Shown piece by piece: positions 27,434-38,815 of a stretch of DNA of 64,000 bases. The position numbers and the translations under genes are program-made. A model generated the notes under the pieces. That model ran no database searches. It saw only the letters and a list, made by a program, of their open reading frames with translations, and was not told the origin of the DNA. The stretch lies in IMG/VR virus record IMGVR_UViG_2831987924_000001; one strand, written 5' to 3'. Each line of letters opens with the position of its first letter. Position 1 is the stretch's first letter. This DNA comes from a virus. Its lineage: Duplodnaviria; Caudoviricetes.

Positions 27434-28726
27434 ATGTTAATTACTAAAAATGTTAAAGTTAAATGGTGTAAACAAAATAGAGAACATTATGAAAAATTGG
27501 GTTATAAATTTACAAAATATCTGGATTCATTTGTAGTGAAAATTGAAGATTTAACTTCACAAAGCCATGTTGAAGTAGAAATGATTTGCGATAACTGTAA
27601 TAAAACAAAAATGACGCTTCCTTATAGAGAATATTTAAAAAGATATAAAGATAAAACTTATTTTTGTAACAATTGTAAAAAAGAAATTAAATTCAACGAT
27701 TTAAAACAAAGATTTGAAAATAAAGGATATATTTTAGTTTCAGATATATCTGAATATGAAAATGTATTTTCTTATGTTAATTATATTTGTAAAAAGCATA
27801 AAGAAAAGGGTGTTATGAAAATTTTAGTTAATTCATTTAATAATGGTTCAGGTTGTAAATATTGTGGAATTGAAAAGATGATAAATAAAAATAAAAAATC
27901 TTATGAAGAAGTAAAAGAGTTGTTTAAAAGTAAAAATCTAATTCTTTTAACAGATAATTATGAATCTGCTAATCAATTATTAAAATTTATTTGTGAAAAT
28001 CATAAAGATAAGGGCGTACAAAAAATTAGATATAGAGCTGTTGCAGACGGACAAGGTTGTAAATATTGTGGCTATGAAAGAATATCAAATAAAATGAAAC
28101 ATAATTACGATTTTGTAAAATCAGAGTTTGAAAAAAGAAATTATATTTTATTAGATAAGGAATATAGATGGACAAAAAATAAACTAAAATATATCTGTAA
28201 AAAACACCCAAATAAAATTCAAGAAATTGAATTTAGAGCGTTATATAATCAAAATCAAGGGTGTAAGTTCTGTGCTTTAGAAAAGGTTTCTGGCGAAAAT
28301 AGCGTACATTGGAAAGGCGGTATTTCTTCATTATCCGCATATTTAAGAACCTTTTTAAATGATTGGAAAATGGAATCTTTTAAAAAATGCGATTATAAAT
28401 GTGTTATAACTGGCAAGAAATCTAATGGTGATTTTGAAGTTCATCATCTACTATCAGTTGATTTAATTATACAAAAAATACTTTCTGAAATAAACATGGA
28501 ACTAAAACCAAAAATTTCAGATTACTCTAAAGATGAATTGAAAATATTGAAAAATTTATTTACAAAAGAAAACAATAAGTTGCATGGAGTAGTTTTAGAC
28601 CCGAAAATTCACCGTTTATACCACAAAATTTATGGATACGGTAACAATACACCTGAACAATTTGAAGAATTTAAAGAAAGATATAAAAATGGTGAATTTG
28701 ACGATTTGATTGGAGAAGCGGTTTGA
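27434..28726 (+). CDS. Free-standing HNH-type homing endonuclease with repeated C-x2-H...GC-x2-C modules
   Basis: Three ICxxH...GCKYC/GCKFC repeats, WKGG, CVITG..FEVHHL...HRLYHKIYG.GNNT. Confidence 0.75.
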   Translation: MLITKNVKVKWCKQNREHYEKLGYKFTKYLDSFVVKIEDLTSQSHVEVEMICDNCNKTKMTLPYREYLKRYKDKTYFCNNCKKEIKFNDLKQRFENKGYILVSDISEYENVFSYVNYICKKHKEKGVMKILVNSFNNGSGCKYCGIEKMINKNKKSYEEVKELFKSKNLILLTDNYESANQLLKFICENHKDKGVQKIRYRAVADGQGCKYCGYERISNKMKHNYDFVKSEFEKRNYILLDKEYRWTKNKLKYICKKHPNKIQEIEFRALYNQNQGCKFCALEKVSGENSVHWKGGISSLSAYLRTFLNDWKMESFKKCDYKCVITGKKSNGDFEVHHLLSVDLIIQKILSEINMELKPKISDYSKDELKILKNLFTKENNKLHGVVLDPKIHRLYHKIYGYGNNTPEQFEEFKERYKNGEFDDLIGEAV

Positions 28727-28777
28727 TGTTTGATACCGTTTCTCTTTTTATTTTAAACGAAACGGAGGTGAAATTTT

Positions 28778-29617
28778 ATGTCACGTAAGAAACAAGAAAA
28801 GAAAAGATGTTTAAAATGTGAAAGAGAATTAGCTCCACTTAATTTTTATAGCGGTAATGAAATTATATTTCCTGATGGAAAAATACATTTATGTAAGAAT
28901 TGCTGCTCACAAATTATAGATCAACATGGTTTTGAAGGATTCAAAATGATACTTCGCATTATTGACAAACCATTTTTACAAGATGTTTATAATGATGATC
29001 CAAAGGCATACATAAGACAAGTAAATAGTTTACCTCAATATCGTAATATGACTTATGATGATAGCGATTTTGTAGGTAATACAGTTAATAACACTATTGA
29101 AATTAACAAAGAAAAAGAAAAATTTTTAAATATTGATGATGAGGTTCGGAAAAGATGGATAGGATTCACCTCTGAAGAAGATATTATGTTTTTAGAAAAT
29201 TTTTATCAAGAATTAATTGCGACCTATGAATCTAAAACTCCTATTCAAAGAAATTTATATAAAAATATAGCTGAAACACAATTATTAGCTAATAAGGCAA
29301 GAGAGCAAGGAAAAATTAAAGAATATCAAGATTTATTAAAAACCATGAGTACGCTAATGACAGATGCTAAAGTTAAACCGTTACAAGAAACTGGTGCAGA
29401 AGATGGTGGTTTATCTACTTGGGGACAATGGGTTAAAAAGATTGAAGAAACTGAACCCATTCCTGAAGCCGAAGGAGAATTTAAAGATCCTGATGGTATT
29501 ATGAAATATTTTCAGAAATTCTTTGTTAATCATTTTGCTAGAGTGTTTGGTTTGGAAGATAGAAACACCATCGAAAAAGATTTAGAAGATATGATGAAGG
29601 AAGATGGTGTTAGATAA
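28778..29617 (+). CDS. Putative terminase small subunit (SPbeta YonG-like)
   Basis: N-terminal CLKC/CKNC, IEETEPIPE motif; coupled to the large terminase. Confidence 0.6.
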   Translation: MSRKKQEKKRCLKCERELAPLNFYSGNEIIFPDGKIHLCKNCCSQIIDQHGFEGFKMILRIIDKPFLQDVYNDDPKAYIRQVNSLPQYRNMTYDDSDFVGNTVNNTIEINKEKEKFLNIDDEVRKRWIGFTSEEDIMFLENFYQELIATYESKTPIQRNLYKNIAETQLLANKAREQGKIKEYQDLLKTMSTLMTDAKVKPLQETGAEDGGLSTWGQWVKKIEETEPIPEAEGEFKDPDGIMKYFQKFFVNHFARVFGLEDRNTIEKDLEDMMKEDGVR

Positions 29618-31696
29618 TGGCAGGATATAAACATTTTCAAATAGATCGAAATAAATATAAAAATGGAATTATAGATATTTATAAAAAAGAAATTAATCCA
29701 AATAAAGTTGATGAAAATTTGAGTAAAAATGAACGTTTAAGAAATGGATTTAAAAAATGGAGTTCCTTTTTTCGAAGTAATCCTCATCGTTTTGCCGAAT
29801 CATATTTAGGGCTTAAACTTAAAACTTACCAAAAAATTCTATTATATTTAATGTTTCATGTTTCGGCGTTCATGTATTTTGCTGCAAGGGGTCAGGGCAA
29901 GAGTTACATAATTTCCATTTTCTGTATAATACGTTGTATACTATATCCCAACACAAAAATTGTGATTGCCTCTGGTAATTGTATTGCCGTCTAATGTGGA
30001 AACACATTAGATCATCAGCGCGGAAGAAAACAGGAAGGCTGAGATGCTAACCTGAGTGGAAGGCTAAGAGTAACATCTTAGTCACACGCAACGCATAGAC
30101 GGTGAAACTCCGATTAAGGAGAATATAATCCGTCCACGAGTCCGCGCCACCTAAGTCCTTTAAAGGATATGGTGAAAACGTATGCTGAACTAACGGGAAA
30201 TGAACCGTTAGAAGTACAGGATAAAAAGCCTGTACGGTAACATTTTGACAAAGGGGCAAGCCAAATTAATTATAACAGAAAAAATTCAAAAAGAATTAAT
30301 GCAATATCCTAATATAGCAAGAGAAATAAAAGAAATTAAAACAGGTAGCAACCAAGTAGTTGTAGTATTTCAAAATGGAAGCACAATTGAAGCCGTAGTT
30401 TCGAACGATAATGCACGAGGATACCGATGTCAAATTTTAGTGCTTGACGAATTTCGTATGATTAAAGAAGACGTTTATGAAAAAGTTTTAAAACACTTCT
30501 TAAACGTACAACGTCAACCTCCTTACCTTAATAATCCTAAATATGCTCATTTAAAAGAAGAAAACAAACAGATATTTATTTCTAGTGCTTGGTTTAAAAA
30601 TCATTGGAGCTATGAAAAATTTATTGATTATAGAAACGCCATGCTTAAAGGTAAAGATTATTTTGTTTGTGCTTTACCTTATACAGTATCTTTATATCAT
30701 GGATTATTAAGTAGAAAATTTGTTGAAGATGAACGTTCTCATGATAATTTTGACCCTATCGCATGGCAAATGGAAATGGAATGTTTGTTCTTTGGGGAAT
30801 CTGAAAAAGCATTTTTTAAATTTGAAGATTTACAAAAAAACAGAAGTTTAATTAAACCATTTTACCCTTTAACAAATGTAGAATATTTAGAAAATAAAGG
30901 TAAACGTAAAAAATCAACTAAAATGGAAGGCGAAATTCGTCTAATTGGTGTTGACGTTGCTATTATGGGCGGTAATGATAACGACAACACCATTTTTACT
31001 TGTATGAGATTATTACCTAATGGTGATTCATATATTAAACAAGTTCCTTATATTGAAAGTTTAAACGGTCAACACAGTGAGAAACAAGCCATAAGATTAA
31101 AACAATTATTTGAAGACTTTGAAGCAGATTATGTTGTAATGGATACATCAGGTAACGGTATATCTTTATATGATGATTGCGGTCGTATCCTTTATGATGA
31201 GGAAAGAGATATTGAATATCCTGCTTGGTGTGCATTTAATAACGATGAAATGAAAAATCGTGTTTTAGATAAAAATGCCTTGCCTGTCATCTATTCTTTA
31301 AAAGTCGTAAAACAAGAAGTAAACCATGATATTGCAATGTCTCTAAGAGCTGATTTAGAAAAAGGTCGGATTAAGTTACTCATTAATGAATTAGATGCAA
31401 AAGATTATTTAACTGAAAAACATGGATTTTTAAAGAAAACTCCAGAAGAACAAGCTATTCTATTAAATCCTTATATTCAAACAACAATTTTAATTAATGA
31501 GATGATTAACCTTGAATATGAAATTAGAAATGGATTTGTAAAATTAAGTGAAGTTGGCAAAAATAGGAAAGACCGTTACAGTAGTTTGGCTTATTGCAAT
31601 TACTATGCTCGTGAATTAGAAACGAAATTAAAAAAGAAAAAGAATGCAGTTGATCCAACTAAACTATTCCTATTCAAATCCCCTACCATAATGTAA
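29617..31696 (+). CDS. terL: Terminase large subunit; exons 29617-29976 and 30248-31696 (602 aa spliced)
   Basis: AARGQGKS Walker A, spliced junction KIVIASG|TKGQA, ARGYRCQILVLDEFR, IGVDVA, KDRYSS. Confidence 0.9.
29977..30247 (+). ncRNA. Group I intron (271 nt, no ORF) in terL
   Basis: 5' exon ends in U (GGU) and pairs with IGS UUGCC; P3 GCGCGGA/UCCGCGC; P7 GCAUA/UAUGC; terminal G; removal restores the frame. Confidence 0.9.
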
Positions 31697-31703
31697 AGAA
31701 AGG

Positions 31704-33173
31704 ATGTGCGACATGAGCGATATAGTGATTAATCAACCGACTAAATTAGATTTTGCAAAAATATCTAAATTAATTATAAACGATTTGAATGATTCTACAC
31801 CATCATCTTCCATTAATAAAAAATATACAAAAGAAGATATTATTCGATTCATGCAAAATCCACGCAAAAATCAAAAACAATTGCGTGAAGTGAGTCGATA
31901 TTTATATGAAGTAAGCCCTAATTATAAACGATTAATTTTATATTTTGCTTGTTTGCCTACATTCGACTATATTGTTGAACCTTATGGATTAAATACAGAA
32001 AAAATAAATAAGAAAACATTTAAAACACAATATCAAAAAACACTTGAATTATTAGAAATAATGAATTTACCACATGAATTTTTAAAAGTGCTAAAAATCG
32101 CTTTTAAAGAAGATGTGTTTTATGGATATGAGCATATATCAGATGATTCTTATTTCATTCAACCTTTAGATCCTGATTATTGTCAAATTTCAAGTATCGA
32201 AGACGGTGTATATAATTTTGCTTTTGATTTTTCGTATTTTAATAAATATCCTAAAAAGTTAAAACAGTATCCAGAAGAATTTCAACAAAAATATAAAAAA
32301 TATGAGAAAGATAAAAAGAATTATCGTTGGCAAGAATTAGATTCGAATAATACGATTTGCATTAAAGTCAATGAAGAATTAGACTATCCTCTCCCTCCTT
32401 TCAATGCGGTTTTTGAATCGGTATTTGATATTGAGGATTATAAAAAATTAAAGAAAGTAAAAACAAAATTAGACAACTATATGGTATTAACTCAACAAAT
32501 TCCTATTGATGATAAGAATAGTGAACCAAATAATTTTTTGATTGATTTAGATACAGCTATTGCTTTTCATAATCGTGCAGTTCAAGCATTACCTGAAGCA
32601 GTTGGGTTAATTACCTCTCCAATGAAAATTGATGCAATTAAATTAGATCGCAAACAAACAGATACTGACCAAGTAGCTCAAGCTGAACGTGATTATTATA
32701 ATGCTGCCGGAGTTAGTCAATTCTTATTTAACAGTGAAAAAGTAACAAGTGTTGGATTGAGTAAATCCATTAATACAGATGAACAAATTGTTTTTGCTTT
32801 ATTACGTCAATTTGAACGTTGGGTAAATCGTAAATTAAAGAATTTTAATACTAAATATAAATTTAGAATTCGTTTTCTCAATACAACTGTATTTAATGTA
32901 GATAATGTGTTTGAGAAATATTTAAAAGCAGCACAATACGGTATGCCAGTGAAATTGGCATTAGGAGCTTCGCTTGGATTGTCAGGAAGTGAAATGGCAA
33001 ATATGGTGTTCCTTGAAAATGAGATTATGGAGTTACATGACACATTAATCCCTCTCTCCTCTTCTCACACACAATCTAGTAAAGGTGAAAAAGGAAGACC
33101 ACAAAAGTCTGAAGATGAACTTACTGAAAGTGGAGTTAAAACAAGAGATACAGATGGCAATGTAAGAGAATAG
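31704..33173 (+). CDS. Portal protein (SPbeta YonE-like)
   Basis: Follows terL; typical C-terminal LIPLSSSHTQS..GRP. Confidence 0.8.
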   Translation: MCDMSDIVINQPTKLDFAKISKLIINDLNDSTPSSSINKKYTKEDIIRFMQNPRKNQKQLREVSRYLYEVSPNYKRLILYFACLPTFDYIVEPYGLNTEKINKKTFKTQYQKTLELLEIMNLPHEFLKVLKIAFKEDVFYGYEHISDDSYFIQPLDPDYCQISSIEDGVYNFAFDFSYFNKYPKKLKQYPEEFQQKYKKYEKDKKNYRWQELDSNNTICIKVNEELDYPLPPFNAVFESVFDIEDYKKLKKVKTKLDNYMVLTQQIPIDDKNSEPNNFLIDLDTAIAFHNRAVQALPEAVGLITSPMKIDAIKLDRKQTDTDQVAQAERDYYNAAGVSQFLFNSEKVTSVGLSKSINTDEQIVFALLRQFERWVNRKLKNFNTKYKFRIRFLNTTVFNVDNVFEKYLKAAQYGMPVKLALGASLGLSGSEMANMVFLENEIMELHDTLIPLSSSHTQSSKGEKGRPQKSEDELTESGVKTRDTDGNVRE

Positions 33174-33201
33174 TTTTATTTATTGAAAGGAGGTGAAATG
33201 A

Positions 33202-34647
33202 TTGGAGAAAAAAGTTGAAAAATTTATTCCTTTAATCTTTCAAAAAGTTCAAGATTATGAAGCTAATGATACACGTTTTACTAAAGTGAAAATTTGGCTA
33301 ATGCATATCCATGAAAATCTGAATGGAAGCTACTTTTCAAAAGAAGTAGTAACTGAAGCTATTCCTACTCTTGCCAATACACCAATTTTAGCTTTTATTG
33401 AAGAAAATTCTGATGGTGAAATTGATTTTTCAGATCATCGAATGGTTTTAGTTAAAAAAGATGGTGAAATTTCTATTAAATATTTGGGTCAAGCCATTGG
33501 TGTGATTCCATCTGATAATAATGCTCACTTTGAGACACGATTATGTGACGATGGAATTGAGCGAGAATTTCTTGTTTGTGAGGGTTTAATTTGGAATAAA
33601 TGGGATGATCCTATTGATATTTTTAATCGTGATGTGGTTAAGTGGCAATCGATGGAACTACATGATGACTATGAAGGTTATTGGGGCGATGATGGATTAT
33701 TCCATTTTACTAAATTTAAATTCTTTGGTGCTTGTGCATTAGGTAAAGATGTACTACCTGCTATGCATAATGCTACTATTGAAGCTCAATTTTCTTATAA
33801 TGACATTTTTAAAGAGATTCAAGAAAAAATGGAGCAGTTTAAAGCTTTTTCTCAAGAAGGAGGTCAAGTCATGGAAGATAATAAAAATGTAAAAACGGAT
33901 AACAAAACTAATTTTGCTTTAACTGCTGGACAACTAAGAGATGAAATCCGAGCTGAATTACACAAAGTATCTTCTATTGATGAGTGGGGATATGAATATC
34001 ATAGATATTGGTATGTTGATCATACTGATAATTTAGTTATTGCAGAAGATGGTGAAGATAGTTTTAGATTAGTTGGATTTAATTATACAGTAGAAAATGA
34101 TAAAGTTACTATTGATTTTGAATCCAAAAAACGAGTGAGAATTGTATATGAGTTAATTGAAAATGATACACAACAATTAGAATTTAATATTGTATCTAAA
34201 GATAGAGTTGAATACAATTTGAAAGTAAAAGAAAAAGAACTTGAACAAACTTTCTCTACTCAAAAAGATGAAGAAGTTAATAAAGTCAAACAAGAATTTA
34301 CTTCACTAGAAGAAAAATATAATAAATTAGAACAAGAAGTAAATGAACTTCGTCAATTCAAATCTAATAAATTGGCAGAAGAACGCGCTAAAGCTGAGCA
34401 AGAATTATATGAGCGTTTTTCCGCTGAATTAACTGAAGAAGAAATTGAAGAAGTGAAAGCAGTTGCAAGTGAATATACACTTGAACAATTAGAGGAAAAA
34501 CTATTTACTTTAGTTGGTAAGAAAAAAGCTAATTTCTCTAAACAAACTAAAAAAGAAAAACAGCCTGTGAAAATTGCTTTAGAAATTGAAACAAAAGAAA
34601 AAACATCTAGATATGGAGATTTATTCGAAAGATTTGGTACTAAGTAA
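33202..34647 (+). CDS. Prohead protease/scaffold protein (YonD-like)
   Basis: NLNGSYF, LANTPIL, WQSMEL, ACALG; coiled-coil C-terminus. Confidence 0.75.
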   Translation: MEKKVEKFIPLIFQKVQDYEANDTRFTKVKIWLMHIHENLNGSYFSKEVVTEAIPTLANTPILAFIEENSDGEIDFSDHRMVLVKKDGEISIKYLGQAIGVIPSDNNAHFETRLCDDGIEREFLVCEGLIWNKWDDPIDIFNRDVVKWQSMELHDDYEGYWGDDGLFHFTKFKFFGACALGKDVLPAMHNATIEAQFSYNDIFKEIQEKMEQFKAFSQEGGQVMEDNKNVKTDNKTNFALTAGQLRDEIRAELHKVSSIDEWGYEYHRYWYVDHTDNLVIAEDGEDSFRLVGFNYTVENDKVTIDFESKKRVRIVYELIENDTQQLEFNIVSKDRVEYNLKVKEKELEQTFSTQKDEEVNKVKQEFTSLEEKYNKLEQEVNELRQFKSNKLAEERAKAEQELYERFSAELTEEEIEEVKAVASEYTLEQLEEKLFTLVGKKKANFSKQTKKEKQPVKIALEIETKEKTSRYGDLFERFGTK

Positions 34648-34717
34648 TTAAGCATCATTCTGTAAAGAGTGGTGCTTTTATTATTTATAAAAAATAAAAA
34701 AATAGGAGGAATAAAGA

Positions 34718-35269
34718 ATGGCTTACTCTGTTGTTCGATTGGATAATGTAAAAGCTGCTTACACTGGTCACATTTTTTCAGTTAAAGCTCCAGAAGAATT
34801 GCAAAATGGATTTGTTGGTCATTTAGGTGGTTTTGTAAATGGCGAGCGTGAAGTTCGCACTCTTGAGAAACCCACTACAGCTTCAATTAGCCAAAAAGGA
34901 TTGGTATTGATTGCTCACTCCCCTATTAACTATGATGAATCTACAATGGCTTCTGCTTCTGAACAAAATTATAAAATTGAAGCTGGTGAAGTTGTTCGTG
35001 CTTATGAATTGCATGAATATGATATCTTCTCTGTAACAAAAGAAGGAATTGATTTAATTGGTGCTGATGCAGGTGTAGGCAACTATGTTGTTGCAAAAGA
35101 TGGTTCTTTCAAATTAAAAGAAGTTGCAACTCCTGCTGGTACAGAAGCATTTGTAGGTAAAATTATTGCTCAAGAAGCTGTTGGTACAACAACAGTTGTT
35201 GGTGCTAATGGTGCAGTTGGTCGTGTACTTGAGTATGTAGTTATTGAAGTTATCAAAAACGTAAAATAA
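34718..35269 (+). CDS. Head decoration/structural protein (YonC-like)
   Basis: Between scaffold and capsid genes; highly expressed codon style. Confidence 0.65.
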   Translation: MAYSVVRLDNVKAAYTGHIFSVKAPEELQNGFVGHLGGFVNGEREVRTLEKPTTASISQKGLVLIAHSPINYDESTMASASEQNYKIEAGEVVRAYELHEYDIFSVTKEGIDLIGADAGVGNYVVAKDGSFKLKEVATPAGTEAFVGKIIAQEAVGTTTVVGANGAVGRVLEYVVIEVIKNVK

Positions 35270-35310
35270 TTAGTTTTATAAATAAAATATAATAATAGGA
35301 GGATTCAGAA

Positions 35311-36309
35311 ATGAAACAAGAATTGGTTAAGCTTTGTGTAGATACAGTTTACAATCGTGTTCAAAACTATTCTAAATATGAAGCTGATGAAGTTATTCGT
35401 AAAGCATTTTTTGAAATTTTGGGTACTGACAAACCAACTTACAAAGATGTTCGCAAACATAAAGTTGAAGTTTTTGAAATTATTGAAGAAGTATTAGATC
35501 AAACTATTGTTTCTGGCATGACTGAAAACAACTTCTTCCTTCAATTTGCGGAAGTCCGCAATCTTGCTTTGGGTGATTCTCAAGAATTCTATGTTCCTGA
35601 TAACAGTGTACTAGTGGCTGCTGAACATGCAGGAAACCATTGGAACATCAGAAGACAAAAATTAGATGTTGGAACAAGCTTTACAGTAAAAACTAAAGCT
35701 TATGCTGTGGCTGTATATGCTGACTTCTTGCAATTCTTAGCAGGTCGTATTGATTTCGCTGGTTTAGTTGCAAAAGTAGCTAAGGCTATGCAAGAAAAAT
35801 TGAATGAAGAAGTTTATGCTTCTTTCATGGGTTCAATGAACTACTTACCTGCTCAATTTAAATCTACTGGTACATATGATGAAGACACATTAATGGATAT
35901 TATTGCTCATGTTGAGGCAGCTACTGGTTCTCCTGTTCTTGTAGCAGGTACTCGTAAAGCATTGAGCAAAGTGCTTGCAGGTGTAAATACTACGTTTATT
36001 TCTGAAAACATGAAAGATCAAGTAAATCGTCAAGGTATGGTTCAATACATTAACGGTATTCCATTGTTACAAATTCCTAACTATCATAAACCTAATACAT
36101 TTGACTTTGCTATTTCTGATTCTCGTCTTATGATTTTACCGACTGCTGATGTAAAACCAATTAAAATTGTATACGAAGGAGATTCTTTAGTTAAAGAAGT
36201 ATCTGATGGTACTGATAATATGGATATGTCTCTTGAATACAAATTCATTACACGCTTTGGTGTAAACGTTGTATTTAATACGCTTTATGGTATGTACGAA
36301 ATCGCTTAA
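35311..36309 (+). CDS. Major capsid protein (YonB-like)
   Basis: 332 aa, VFEIIEEVLD, NLALGD, position in the head module. Confidence 0.8.
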   Translation: MKQELVKLCVDTVYNRVQNYSKYEADEVIRKAFFEILGTDKPTYKDVRKHKVEVFEIIEEVLDQTIVSGMTENNFFLQFAEVRNLALGDSQEFYVPDNSVLVAAEHAGNHWNIRRQKLDVGTSFTVKTKAYAVAVYADFLQFLAGRIDFAGLVAKVAKAMQEKLNEEVYASFMGSMNYLPAQFKSTGTYDEDTLMDIIAHVEAATGSPVLVAGTRKALSKVLAGVNTTFISENMKDQVNRQGMVQYINGIPLLQIPNYHKPNTFDFAISDSRLMILPTADVKPIKIVYEGDSLVKEVSDGTDNMDMSLEYKFITRFGVNVVFNTLYGMYEIA

Positions 36310-36382
36310 TAAATAAATTATAAAAATATATCAGGGGATTTTATATCCCCTGATTCTATTGAGTAAAAGGAGGAAAATTTAT

Positions 36383-36937
36383 ATGGCTGCTCGTAAACGT
36401 ACAAATTCACCAAAAAACCAAGTAGAAGTAATTCAAGAAAATACTGTTACACAAGAAAATACACAAGAAACAAAGGTTATGCGTAAAAAACAAATTGATT
36501 TAGATATGCTAGTACCTTGTCGCAATGTAACAGATGGTCGTTTGATTTATAAGTCTCGTAAAACAGGGCTACAAACTGTTTGGATGAATCACGGCGATAT
36601 TGAGTATATGGATGTAGGCGAATTGCTCACCATGAAAGCTTCGCAACCTAAATTTTTAAATGAACCGTGGTTAGTTATTGAAGATGAAGATATTGTAGAA
36701 TATTTAGGGCTAAAACATTTATACAAGCAATTAGTAGATACAGAGGATTTAGATTCCTTCTTTGCAAAAAGTCATGAAGAAATGGCGCAAATTTTAGATT
36801 GTATTCCTAATGGAACAAAAGATGCTATTGCTACTCGTGCAAGAAAAATGGTTGAAGAAGGTACATTGTATGATAATCGTAAAATTCGCGTATTAGAAGA
36901 AAAACTAAAAATTGATTTATCTTTGTTTGAAAAATAA
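36383..36937 (+). CDS. Head-associated hypothetical protein (YonA-like)
   Basis: AGGAGG SD before ATG 36383; synteny. Confidence 0.65.
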   Translation: MAARKRTNSPKNQVEVIQENTVTQENTQETKVMRKKQIDLDMLVPCRNVTDGRLIYKSRKTGLQTVWMNHGDIEYMDVGELLTMKASQPKFLNEPWLVIEDEDIVEYLGLKHLYKQLVDTEDLDSFFAKSHEEMAQILDCIPNGTKDAIATRARKMVEEGTLYDNRKIRVLEEKLKIDLSLFEK

Positions 36938-36950
36938 GGAGGTGTCTTAA

Positions 36951-37379
36951 ATGGCAACTCCGTTTAAAGAAGTATACGACAGAGTTTACAATAAGATTTC
37001 TGATTATTCTTTTGTCAAACTAACAGAAGATGAAGTTGAGGAGATATTAGAAAAATATCTTCTTTCTGCAATTGTAAAATTTAAGGGATGTAAGAAAGAT
37101 TTAAGGGATCGTGATGAAACATTAAATCAATTCAATCAAGATTTAACTGATGAAGAAAAAGAAATTTTAGCTACCCTTCTTTGTGTTGAATATTTAACAT
37201 CACAACTTATTACTTCCGATTTATTAAAGCCACGTTTAGGCACAAAAGATTGGAATTTATATTCACAAGCCAATCACATAAAAGAGATTCGTGAGATAAG
37301 AGATCAAATGAAATCAGAAGCTAATCAAATGATGATTAGCTATTCTTATTCTGAAAACAGTTTGGATGATTTGCTATGA
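36951..37379 (+). CDS. Head-tail adaptor/connector protein
   Basis: MATPFKEVYD...YSQANH; synteny. Confidence 0.6.
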   Translation: MATPFKEVYDRVYNKISDYSFVKLTEDEVEEILEKYLLSAIVKFKGCKKDLRDRDETLNQFNQDLTDEEKEILATLLCVEYLTSQLITSDLLKPRLGTKDWNLYSQANHIKEIREIRDQMKSEANQMMISYSYSENSLDDLL

Positions 37380-37693
37380 TTAATCAGAATAATCCAATGT
37401 TTTTTAGTTATTTAGAAACTTTAAAGAATCGATTGTTTAAAATCATTCCCCTATTTGAAGAAAATAATGAGGGAATTTATAAATATATAGATTCTTTACT
37501 GTTTGAATTAGGTGGAATGATTTATGTGGTTAAAGAGTTAAAAAACAATAGTATGTTTTTATCTCTTATCGCAACATTAGAATCTCTTTTAGATGAATCT
37601 CTTGCTGGTGAATACAACATCCCTTTAGTTAGACGCGAAGTATTTCGATGTTTAAATATTGTTGAAAAGTTGCAACAGAAGGCTGGTGAATAG
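37376..37693 (+). CDS. Hypothetical neck-region protein
   Basis: Coupled ORF. Confidence 0.65.
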   Translation: MINQNNPMFFSYLETLKNRLFKIIPLFEENNEGIYKYIDSLLFELGGMIYVVKELKNNSMFLSLIATLESLLDESLAGEYNIPLVRREVFRCLNIVEKLQQKAGE

Positions 37694-37696
37694 CAA

Positions 37697-38338
37697 ATGA
37701 GTTTCGAATTGTATAAAAAGCGTCTTTTATCGTATGGAAATGATGACAAAGATGTAGTTTTAAATAATACTCAACACATGATTAACAAATCATTTGCTGA
37801 TTCATTCGGCTATTCTGTTGTAAAAATTGATGATGTTGATACAGAAGTAGTCATTGTCAATAAAGATGACTCAACACAAAAGGAATTGCTATTAAGACCA
37901 AACCAAACAGTTAAAAAAGGTGCAACTGTTCTTATTGGCACACAATATTATCTTGTTACTGATTTTAATGGTAATGGGATTAATCAGAAAGCTAAAATTA
38001 AGTTGTGCAATAATTTCTTTGTTTTAAAAGGAGAAGTTACACGAATTATTGTTAGTTATGATATATTTGGAGACCCTATTTATGAGGAAATTAATGGGTC
38101 TAGTATAGAAATTCCTTGTATTGTTGAAACATCAATTACTACTGACGACACAGATGAAGCTATCAATCTTCCAGAAGGAAGAATTCGTGTAACCATTCCT
38201 TATACAGAGCATGAAGATGTTGCGATTGATAAAGAATTTATAATGTATAATGAAAAATATAAAATTATTGGAATTGATCATACACAATCCATAAACAATG
38301 AAGGATTACTTATTATTCATGGGCAAAGGGTGGTGTAG
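37697..38338 (+). CDS. Putative head closure/neck protein
   Basis: Synteny within the neck module. Confidence 0.55.
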   Translation: MSFELYKKRLLSYGNDDKDVVLNNTQHMINKSFADSFGYSVVKIDDVDTEVVIVNKDDSTQKELLLRPNQTVKKGATVLIGTQYYLVTDFNGNGINQKAKIKLCNNFFVLKGEVTRIIVSYDIFGDPIYEEINGSSIEIPCIVETSITTDDTDEAINLPEGRIRVTIPYTEHEDVAIDKEFIMYNEKYKIIGIDHTQSINNEGLLIIHGQRVV

Positions 38339-38341
38339 AGA

Positions 38342-38815
38342 ATGAATCTGAGAAAAAATTTAATTGATATTTTAAATCGAATATCAAATGATGAAACATT
38401 ATTACGACTTCTCTACTACCCTGTTGACCCACTAAATACTTCTAAACTAGATGTAAAAAGTTTAAGTGATTTTTCAGCAATAAAAAAAGAAAGAATTTTT
38501 CTTTCTCCTAAAACAAATGATTTGAATGATAAAGCAATTTGTAGAGTTTGTATGTACATGGGCAATCGAGATAATACACAAAATAAAAAAGTAGCTTTAC
38601 AAGATGTTGTATTTGATGTTTATGCACATATTGACCAATATGATAAAAATGATGCACGAGCTTTGTGGATTTGTGATAGAATTAATGAAATATTACATGA
38701 TGAATGGATTACAGGTGTTGGCAAAATGGAAAGTTATCGCAGCCTTATTATTCCTAACGCACCTTCGGGATACATTGGATATCGAATGATATTTACTTTT
38801 GGAAGTGTAAAATAA
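38342..38815 (+). CDS. Putative tail terminator
   Basis: FDVYAH...ICDRINEIL...GYRMIFTF. Confidence 0.55.
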   Translation: MNLRKNLIDILNRISNDETLLRLLYYPVDPLNTSKLDVKSLSDFSAIKKERIFLSPKTNDLNDKAICRVCMYMGNRDNTQNKKVALQDVVFDVYAHIDQYDKNDARALWICDRINEILHDEWITGVGKMESYRSLIIPNAPSGYIGYRMIFTFGSVK

